This document shows positions 11,880 to 22,600 of a stretch of DNA of 64,000 bases, piece by piece; position 1 is the stretch's first letter, and each line of letters starts with the position of its first letter. The stretch lies in the NCBI GenBank assembly GCA_002269645.1, contig NIVC01000511.1:416877-480876 (forward strand), written 5' to 3'. A model generated the notes under the pieces. That model saw only the letters and a program-made list of their open reading frames with translations, ran no database searches and was not told the DNA's origin. A program made the position numbers and the translations under genes. The stretch comes from Macrostomum lignano (lineage: Eukaryota).

Positions 11880-12200
11880 ATTTCCTGGAAAAAATACACT
11901 GCGGAGATAGGAGAAAACCATTTTTTCATTACAAAATGATATTATGAAAAATAAATATTGACAATCTGATCTGTTAAAATTATAGAAACCTAGTAAAAAT
12001 GGAATAGAATAGAATAAGAATAAAAAATTAACATCGAATCCTAAGTTTCTTAACGAAAAGCTTTATAAATATCGATAGAGCAATAAAAAAGGCACAAAAT
12101 ATGAAAAGATGAACACTGAATCTGCCTCCTATCAAACGCAATAACGATTTTTGTGCTGAAAAAATGAAAACTTCCTATCTCCGTAGTGTATTTTTTCGGG
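11880..12200. mobile_element. Degenerate MITE-like element (imperfect inverted repeats)
   Basis: AAAAAATACACTGCGGAGATAGGAG..CATTTTTTCA (~11890-11930) is the near reverse complement of ~12155-12198 (TGAAAAAATG...CCTATCTCCGTAGTGTATTTTTT). Confidence 0.55.
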
Positions 12201-12346
12201 AAAAAGTGGCCTTCAAAACTTTTCTAAGAAACGAGGTTTCCAGTCCTTCTACTTAAGTCGTCCTTGGTGTCCCACTGGTATACATTTTTATGTATATGCA
12301 ATGTGCGCATTCAGTGTTGATAGCTAGTGCACAGTCTTGTATGTTC

Positions 12347-12660
12347 AATAATAATATAATAATAATAATAATTGACTACACCTGAGCTAATGGGCAGATG
12401 TGCTACCGACAGCTCAGCCGCAGCTATTGCGCGGCGCATCTGAAGGCTGCGTACGGCTGTTCAGTCCAAGGACTGGTGGATCGCCACATATCCTCAATTA
12501 CCCCAGCTAATGCTGGCACCCATTTTACAGCTGGGTGAACCGAAGCAATGCAGAGTTAAGTGCCTTGCTCAAGGACACAAATTGTTCCGAGTGGGGCTGA
12601 GCATCGAACCCCCGACCTTTCAGTCGTGAGTCCGACGCTCTGACCACTAGGCTACAACCC
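12347..12660 (-). mobile_element. tRNA-derived SINE with CORE-type central domain and (ATT)n tail
   Basis: The minus strand shows box A TAGCCTAGTGG and box B GGTTCGATGC, then GTGTCCTTGAGCAAGGCACTTAAC...TTCACCCAGCTGTAAAATGGG (CORE-like). The (AAT)n run at 12347-12372 forms the 3' tail. Confidence 0.85.
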
Positions 12661-13692
12661 CTAAGTTTAAACTACGCTCGTAGGTTTACTAGGTTTAAAC
12701 ACTACGCCTAAGCACAGACTATTTGGTTTGATGTATTAAAAGCATAGAGGACACTTGATGAAGGATAGGTGTATTATATGTGAGCAAGTTGGCTTGGTTT
12801 GGGTGTACAAAATAGCGGTTTGAAAGCGATTAAAACATTCAATGTTAGCCAATCGTTCAATGGGTGACACCAAAAAGGAATACAATTCTAGCATTGTCGG
12901 CCCAAGGCCGAAGTGTTGGCTACGACTTTGCCAATAAAAAACTCTAAAGAAACTGTTTGCTGCAAAAATCAAAGACAACAAATACGAGTTCTCCGTATTG
13001 GAGTAACACTTATTGCCATTATAGTTTATTAAAAGACTACGCTATAACACATGCCAAAAGCAACAACTAACACAATTAGATTTGTCATCAAGTTCCGGTC
13101 TAAAGCAATTGCATCGAACAAGGGAGTGAGTCGAATCAGTCAGCTGTTGTGTGCAGCGGAACTGAAGCTGATATAAATGATATGCACACTGAACTGGAGA
13201 GTTGTACATGTAGCGGTGCCTAAAAGATCAGGCGTGCATTCTTAGCGGCGGTCTGCATTGAAAAAGATTTGTATGTTCACTGAAGCTACTAGTGAGTAGT
13301 TCATTACAGCTAGCTATCTATATAAACTGGCATATATTGGTTTGCCGACTTCGAAGGGTAGGCGGCTTGATTTAGCCTTGTAACTGGCAATTTTCCAACG
13401 ATAGATCACGTAGAAAAACGATGTCATTAGTTCACTCTGAACTTTACTAGCTCGTACATAATTGGTATTTTCGGATGAAAGCTTGAGCTTGCATTGCCTT
13501 CTGCAGGGAAAAATTCGTTACTGATGCTGCAATGGAAATGTCTTGCTGCCGGAACAGGCTCAAGCCGAGCCTGAGACTTAGTAGTATAGCCATCGATTCG
13601 TACTTTGCCGTGAACTCGTGGCTTGAACGCCTGAACTCCAAGGTTACGAAACCCGGTTCCTAAGCAGTGAGGGGAATACACGGGTCAGTGCC

Positions 13693-16600
13693 TTACTGCC
13701 TGCTGCTACTAGTAGAAGCAGATGAAGGCGTGCCATGACCCGGAAAAGGCAGCGGTCGCTTTACAGACGCTTTTTTGTGTTGTTGCTTCAGCTGTTGCTG
13801 CTGTGGTTGTTGTTGTTGTTGCTGCTGTTGCTGCTGCTGCTGCTGCTGCAGTAGTTCAACTCGCTTGAACTCCTTCAACAGGTCAATAGCCTCGCCGTCA
13901 ACATTTCGGTCGTCCAGATTGTCAGCCGCGTCTGAGGTGCCAGCGGCCGCAGTGGCGTAATTAAATACTGGCTGAATGCGGAACTCGACGGGCTGGCTGG
14001 ATGACGGGCCGGGAGTGCGGTAGGTGTACGACAGCGGCGCGCCGCCGCCAGCAGCACCGGAGTTGTGACTGCGCTGAGGCTCTGCAGCAGCCGTCGGTAC
14101 CGCCACGGTGGTTGGGCCATTGCTCAGGCTGGGTTCCCGAGGATTCTGGTAGAGATAGAACTGGTTTTGAGGTTGCAGATGCGGCAGAGGCTGCTGACTG
14201 TGGGGAGGCACAGGGGGCACTGGGTGCACGGGAAATTCCGTCATTGTGGACGCGTCAAAATGCGGTGCGGGTGTCCGAATTGATGATGTCAGGCGACTTC
14301 CCAGCTCCTGAAGTTTTGATGGGACAAAATTTGCCGGGCTGAACCGCTAAGTCGACAAGGACCCCGGGTGGTAAGAGAATTAAACGCTACAAATCTACGG
14401 GAGTGCATTTGAAGGTGAAATTTTTATTTAATATGCTTCTTCAACGAGACTGGCGTTTTTAAAGTTTTCAGCACCAACTTTCTGGAACTCCGAAGTCATC
14501 AGATTTTAACAACTGTCAATCTCTAGCGCTAAAAACTGAAACGTTCCTACGATATCCTGTGAAGCAAATTTTTGTTGAGCAAAATGAGGACTTTAAATAA
14601 GCACCTATTAACTTAAGTGTTGCGTTCTCTTACGACTAGGGAACCGGTGATCACTAGGGAACCGGTGATCACTAGGGAACCGGTGATCACTAGGGAACCG
14701 GTGATCACTAGGGAACCGGTGATCACTAGGGAACCGGTGATCACTAGGGAACCGGTGATCACTAGGGAACCGGTGATCACTAGGGAACCGGTGATCACTA
14801 GGGAACCGGTGATCACTAGGGAACCGGTGATCACTAGGGAACCGGTGATCACTAGGGAACCGGTGATCACTAGGGAACCGGTGATCACTGGACACTTGCT
14901 TTCACTCACCTCCTCATCAGAAGAGCGCTTTCCCGCAGGGACAGTCCAATGCTTCCTATCCAGTCTTCGACGTCTGAAATGTTTTTTTCAAAACAAAACT
15001 TAACAGTTAGAATGTTCAAAAGCTTTGTCTTTGCCTCAAACTACTTTATAACAGAAGTTTAAACTGAAACAAACAGGTCATCACGACATCGATTCTCTGA
15101 GAAACAATGTGACAGGACAATACAGCTGTGTCGATTTATGACCTGACGAACCTAAAAGAGCGCGTTCTGATTTTGAAATGATTTTTTTAAATACTTAATA
15201 AACAGGACTCACATGTCCGCAACCATACAACAGATAGCCAGGAGCACAACAAACAGGGCTATCAAGGCGAGACCGGCCACAAGGGTCGTGGTGGAGAGAG
15301 TCGTCTCGGACACGCCTGCCACTGCTAAATTTCGAATTAGGCCTGCAATATTTTGATGAGGAAGAGAGGCTGATGCAGGAAGAAGAGGCAGCTAAAGACA
15401 GAGCAGGCGGCGACGGTGGTAAAAATAAAAATAAAGGCAAATGGAGTACAACAATTGCAACCAGGCGCATGTCGGTTTGGTGGACAAGGTGACACAACAT
15501 TATTGTAAAGCATCAAGCCATTGCAGGTCGGTAACAATGCAATATACTACTGAAAGCGGCTTACAAGCTGAGCAAACAAAACCAATGCTAAAGAACAACT
15601 ATATTGGAATATTTACCACTGAACCGTAAACGGGTCTGAATGTACGCAACATTCTACTTATTAGTAGTGCAATTCCGTTGATCCCTACGGAAGGCTTTCT
15701 AAAGTAAATATGAAATTTATTCAGCACTTTTCTAACCTAGCCAAGTACCAGGAGAGCAGCAGGATGGAGCACAGCACCGCTGCTACGATGGCTACCGCAA
15801 CTGCGGTCAACAGTCGATCGACTCGACGGTGCAAATGCTGCTCAATGTAGGCTGCAATTCGGTTGAGATTGAGCGATGGAGGCTAATTACAGGATATAGT
15901 GGACTTCCGGGATCTTCCTAAACCTGACCTTGCAAAAGCATTGGCAGCTCAGAGTTTACTCTCCTTAGTCTCTGAGCTGATCTGTCCAAGGGGTCCGGAT
16001 GCCTTGGTAGCTGAGCTTCATCAGCCACACAGCTTCCAATATCCTACTGCCAGCCCTCCCTGTTGCCTGTCCGAATTCTGATCAAGTTAGATGAAGAGGA
16101 GAGTCTGCAATGCCTCTATTGCTTTACTCAAACCAAACACAATTTGCTCTGCAGGCTGGAGACTGGAGCTGGTGTTGATCACGCGAGCGATTCGCCGCAA
16201 TTTTGGAATTCTCTTTTGAAGTGCGGAGCCACTTTGCTCTTGCTTTGATGAGAATGCTTTGCTTAAGCTGTAAATTTAGTTTTATACGCACTTAACGACT
16301 GTCTTGCTGTCTAACCAATTTGTTTGCAAGTCTTAGCAACACAGGCATTACTATAAACAGAATTCAAAGTTAAAAATTGGTTGCTAGCGTACTCTGCAAA
16401 TCCACGCAGTCAGTGTCGTTGAGGTTTACAGCCGATATGCACCTGGTTAAAAAATGGGCAATCGGTTTCAAGCAAATGAATTAGTGCCACTCATCAACAA
16501 TGGTTATAACGCGATATTGTTATTAATAGCTGAATAATCAACAAAGCATCCGTTGCTAAAATCAACACTGTAAAGATATTAGCAAAGGCATTAGACCATT

Positions 16601-19600
16601 CTCGGTTTTATAAGTGAGCTAAATCAAATGCAGCACTGGTTAATATTGAGATTGAATTGAAAATCTGATTGACATAAATATTATTAATTAATCTTAGAAA
16701 GCTGTGCAAGAAAAATTTACTCTGCCTGATCTGCTCCCGGTACATGTATTCAATGTTGATATTCTCGCAGAAGAACCCCATGTACTCTTCCGGACATCTG
16801 GAATTTTTATTAGTAAATTAATTGTACAGTTTGTGCAGTAAAACTAATGGACATAGAATTCTGTTCCCAGCTATTGCTATAATATATACGGTAATCCGTG
16901 CATTGTGCATTCCTAAATAGTACATGAATCTACATCCCTTGTGCACAAGGATGCAGCTGATCGAAACGGGCATCAAGCTGTCATTACTTATCAGATCAAA
17001 GTGAATAATTCTAATTGAGCTTGTTTGATTTGATCAGAAAGCAGGTTTGACTCACTGGCAGGATGGCTTATTGGTAATTCGACTGATGACGCAGGTGCCT
17101 CCGTTGAGACAATAGGTGACATTCTTGTAGTTGCACAGGTAGTTCTGCGGCTGGGGCGCTGGAATATTTTCATCGATTTGTTTTTCATCTGTTTAGAGCT
17201 GCACTCGGCCTCCGCCCAGTAAATTTCAGCAAGCCCAATTCTAATTAACTATTTATGCTGGACGTTCAAAGCGCATACCAAAGCAGTCTTGCCAACTGTG
17301 TCAGCTGTCTGCGAATGCTTTGAGCCACTGTGCCGGCTCTCCCCACCCACCCTGTCTGCTCTGCGTAGGTCAGGGCTGACTTTCACAATGGCATCTAAAA
17401 GAATACCGCCCCCAGATAGTTACTGGCCAACACTAACAGACAGACAGGTTGCAATAAAGACGCTTGCAGCTCCTAAAATAGAGCTCTGAACAGAACAACA
17501 CTTACCCACAGTGGTGGATGTTTGCTGACCCATCGAGCTGCTCAATTCTTCCGCTGTAACGTTGAAATGAGACAAGTTGAGTTATTGTTGGAATGACATA
17601 CGTTTGTCTACGCTAGACTGTTGCATTGCCGATGCTCATTCCATATATGGGACCAAGGGTGTAACAAAAACAAGTCAATACGATACTTGGTGTGCTACAA
17701 GATTCCTTAAATACTTTTGGCGCTTAGATTAGAAAATCAGCAACTTATGGCATTCCTCTGAAAGTCCCCCAGGTCGGTTCCACGAGCGAACTGAAGGGCC
17801 AGGGTGTGAGCATGCCTGGATACATACGAGCGTATTTGCGTGCGTCTAAAATACTGGGCACTAAACGGGTTTATCTGCGATTTTGGAACTACGGTCTACG
17901 TATCTTAAGTTTCAAGCAGTGGAGATGGGTTGTTTAAAGTTTAACTGGGCAAACAAAATCGCTTACCAGTGATAGAGTGATAGAATGAAAATTTTGAATT
18001 CGCGGTTTTCAGAGACTAACAATGGAGTTACGAGTTGGCCAGCGCCTCTAGTTGTTCGCTTTATATACAGTAGCAAAACTGCTCCGACGAAAATGCCCAG
18101 AGATTGGCTCAAGCGTTCGCAGGGTGAGAGCGGGGTAAGGGCTTTGAGCGGGGTAGATGCATTTACGATGCTTACTCACAAAAAAGTTTGTGGTACTCGA
18201 TATACCCCGCATTCCTTTTCGTTCGAGATGCAACAAGACTTTATTAGCATGCTCGCCTCCCCCTCAATCAGCCTGACTACTGCAAGAACAATACAAGGCA
18301 AATAAGGTTAAGAAAATGATTGAGTTCAAATAGCAGTCAGCTCACCAGCCAGCACGATGCTGCTGCTGATGGAGCCCTGCAGGTTGCGGAACACGCAGGT
18401 GTAATTTCCAGCGTCATCTGGCGATGCCCTTCTTAGCACGAGACGAGACGTGACTATTCCTTTCCTGTTAATGTTGAAGAAAATACTTGAGGTGAATTCA
18501 TGCGAGCTATCGAGGAGTTGGGCTAACGGCAGGACTTCAATCTTCTATCTCATATCCCCCCCAGGCACAGTGAAGTGTACATTCCTAACGATAAATAAAG
18601 TTAGGGCCGCTGTACACCCCTGTGTGAGTGTGTGCCTGTGGGTATGACTGCGTACGTATCTGCGCGCTTGTGTGCCTGCTCAGGGGAGTCGGCGGAATGG
18701 CCAGTAATGCCTCTCACCGGTTGTGCGACATGTCGCTTGCGCCAGGGTGTACAAATCCCCCTGCCTCTAATAAAAAGCTCATTTGCCCTTGTCTCTGTTC
18801 AGGGGGGGGGGGTGCAGATGCGTCGTAAAAATAGGAGGGGTAGAGTGCGCGACTGAGGAAAGAGGTGAGACTGAAGAGCCAATCAGAAGGCCGCGCGAGG
18901 GAGAGAGACAGAAAAAACAAGACTGAACCATACGGTAGACCAGAGAGGGAGAGAGATAAGAAAAACAAGACTGAACTATACGGTAGACCAGAGAGGGAGA
19001 GAGACAGGAAAAACAAGACTGAACTATACGGTAGACCAGAGAGGGAGAGAGACAAGAAAAACAAGACTGAACTATACGGTAGACCAGAGAGGGAGAGAGA
19101 CAGGAAAACAAGACTGAACTATACGGTAGACCAGAGAGGGAGAGAGACAGGAAAAACAAGACTGAACTACAGACCAGAGAGGGAGAGTGATAAGAATAAC
19201 AAGACTGAACTACAGACCAGAGAGGGAGAGAGATAAGAATAACAAGACTGAACTACAGACCAGAGAGGGAGAGAGATAAGAATAACAAGACTGAACTACA
19301 GACCAGAGAGGGAGAGTGATAAGAATAACAAGACTGAACTACAGACCAGAGAGGGAGAGAGATAAGAATAACAAGACTGAACTACAGACCAGAGAGGGAG
19401 AGTGATAAGAATAACAAGACTGAACTACAGACCAGAGAGGGAGAGAGATAAGAAAAACAAGACTGAACTATACGGTAGACCAGAGAGGGAGAGAGACAGG
19501 AAAACAAGACTGAACTATACGGTAGACCAGAGAGGGAGAGAGACAAGAAAAACAAGACTGAACTATACGGTAGACCAGAGAGGGAGAGAGACAGGAAAAC

Positions 19601-22600
19601 AAGACTGAACTATACGGTAGACCAGAGAGGGAGAGAGACAGGAAAAACAAGACTGAACTACAGACCAGAGAGGGAGAGTGATAAGAATAACAAGACTGAA
19701 CTACAGACCAGAGAGGGAGAGAGATAAGAATAACAAGACTGAACTACAGACCAGAGAGGGAGAGAGATAAGAATAACAAGACTGAACTACAGACCAGAGA
19801 GGGAGAGTGATAAGAATAACAAGACTGAACTACAGACCAGAGAGGGAGAGTGATAAGAATAACAAGACTGAACTACAGACCAGAGAGGGAGAGTGATAAG
19901 AATAACAAGACTGAACTACAGACCAGAGAGGGAGAGAGATAAGAATAACAAGACTGAACTACAGACCAGAGAGGGAGAGTGATAGGAATAACAAGACTGA
20001 ACTACAGACCAGAGAGGGAGAGAGATAAGAATAACAAGACTGAACTACAGACCAGAGAGGGAGAGAGATAAGAATAACAAGACTGAACTACAGACCAGAG
20101 AGGGAGAGAGATAAGAATAACAAGACTGAACTACAGACCAGAGAGGGAGAGAGATAAGAATAACAAGACTGAACTACAGACCAGAGAGGGAGAGAGATAA
20201 GAATAACAAGACTGAACTACAGACCAGAGAGGGAGAGTGATAGGAACAACAAGACTGAGCTACAGACCAGAGAGGGAGAGACACTTGTAATAAATTAAAC
20301 AGAGACGAGGGCAGATGATTTGCAGAAATGACCAAGTCATGCCCGATTTCGCTAGCCCCCAAGCGCGCACTTGATCACAGGGTGTACAGCAGTGGTCGTG
20401 CACGAAATCAAATGCAGCGACTGTAGAGCGATAATCGGATGCATCATCAATGCCTCTCGCCGGTTGTATGACAATGTCGCCTAAAGTGCGCCAGGGTGCT
20501 CACAGCCCCTGCCTCTAAGAAACTCACCTGGTCTTGAACTGCGCCACCCTGCCCCGGCCCAGTTTAACTGGCTCGCCGTCGCGCAGCCACAGCGGCCTCG
20601 GACGGGGCAGCCCGTTCGCTCGGCACACCAGCCGCAGTCGCAGCCGCATCCCACGGCTGCCACCGCGCCTGCGGCTGATCCTTCGGATTCGTTTGCGCAT
20701 CTCCTTCACCAGTTGCGGGGACGCGCTGGAAAAGGAAAATTGGCAATTTGCATTTTTTTAAAAACTTCCTTGTAACAAACGTTTTGGTTAAGGAAAAGAG
20801 TACGATGTGCGAGTATTCTATAGATAAAGAGCTTCAAGTGCGACAATCAAAACTTAAACAATTAGTACCGTCGGAGCGTTCCTTGATTTTTGTGTCTTCA
20901 TTCTTAACCTACACGCGTAATTTAGATCAGTTCGCTCTAAAATTGACGGCGGATGATCCCATTCATCGAGACCAATATTCACATCACGTTGTTAAAAATT
21001 CACTATGATTAATAACTAAAACTTAGGATCGGAATACAGTGAGTCTAGGACCCTGAGGAGTTATTTGTCTAATAATAAGAAGGTGAATTCGTGTACTTAA
21101 ATGCGCAGAAGAAGTGGCTTAAGCAATCATGGAATAAATGTTTGTATAAATATATAAATATAATTGTGTTACATTACGAGCGTAAATACGACCATCAGCG
21201 TCCATACAGCTGAGGTAAGATTTGGTTATGAAATTGGAAGATACAAAATGTGCTCAAAATTACGTCTCTATGGTTTCACTGCACTCGACACTTTCAACTG
21301 TGCATTTCGTTGCCTGCAGGGATTGCAAATTGCAACTGATATTGCTAGTAGTAGGCCCGTTCGAGCATACACTGTACTCCTACACTGCCGCACAGCAAGG
21401 TGAGGGGTGAGTGACACGCCGCCTCAATGCTTGCTAATTGTGTTAGGGCAGCCTTTCGAAGGCCTGTTAAGAAACTTCTCTTTAATTCTTTAACACAGGA
21501 ACAGCCTGTTGGTAAAAGGGGACCGACTTGATCGAACGGCTTACCGCATATTGTAGTTTCAACACCTGCAGCGATTGATAGTCGGCGAATAAGACTGGGG
21601 TTTAATTTGTTGGAACTGATAAATGACTGAAACAAAAATCTCTTTCGAATTGCACCAGCACTTTGCTTATCGGCAGACAAAAAGCTATTTTGTTTGCCAG
21701 TAAGCATGCAGAAGCCTCTAAGGCATTCTCCGATAAAACAGTCGGTATCCACCCTTTAGAAAGTCTTATAAACCAAACTAAAATACCTCAGCAGATCGCC
21801 TGATAACGCTTAGGAACCTAAGGGGTGCGCTTAAGGGATACTAAGAAATATTTATTCTGCCTAAAATTATTCTGCTCGGTAAAGTTTGTGTTATGGAAAG
21901 GGGAGCACATCGCGCTTTTTGAGTCCAGCTCCAAGGCATACCATTGTGACCCTGTTCTTTTCTGCTGTTGCTTGCTGATCTCTGTTGTCTGAGTTCGCAA
22001 CTGTCTGCACTATTGTTTTTTTATTTTCGAATCCAAAGCGGCAAATTTTTGTTCATATCTGTTCGAACATCAGTATACCTACGGGAGCTGAGTGGAGAAG
22101 TTATAGTGCAGCTTCAGGCCCGCGGAAAGCCTGGCTCTCGGGATAAACAACCGTACAGAATTTGGTGGGACATCCGGGCCTGCGCAGCTGTCAGTGAGCC
22201 GCCCAGCCGCCCGCTCCAAATCCTCGCGACGTAAATCTTCATTTGATTCCCTCTCGAGCGGATAAGTAAGGTCGAAAATCTTCCACGGTTTCCTCATCTG
22301 GCTGTTTTCTGATTTTTTATCCCTCCCTTTCTTCTTACTATCATTCAATCCCCTAAGTCCTCTTCTTGAACTCAAAGCTTTTCCAATTGCCTGCGCTATT
22401 TTTCTTTAAAGCAAGTTTAATTGGAAACTCAACCGCAAAACCAAATTTGTTTGCCCCCCCCCCGAGAGAATCTCGGGTTTCTTCGAGAAGCCAGTCCAGG
22501 CTTTCTGAGTCCACTTTCGACCATCTTTCGTTTCTTTTCGTTGCTTCAGTCTTTAGTCCCACTTTTCGAGCTCTACTAAGCCTGTGCCGAAGTGTCAGTA

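Noticed and set aside
7917-11947. 1300-aa Pro/His-rich and 400-700-aa Gly/Arg/Cys-rich ORFs
   Set aside because: They are translations of a stop-free satellite, open in nearly all frames on both strands.
14635-14889. CRISPR-like appearance of regular palindromic repeats (also 4991-5990 and 49641-51139)
   Set aside because: The units are head-to-tail with no unique spacers, there are no cas genes, and the context is eukaryotic.
16240-16268. Possible secreted NRG isoform (acceptor tttacag, then T-stop)
   Set aside because: Supported only by an AG; there is no coding evidence, so it is too weak without reads.
17279-17394. Possible extra NRG exon between spacer and EGF (ttttag...gtatgc)
   Set aside because: At 116 nt and phase 1 to 0, inclusion would shift the EGF exon out of frame.
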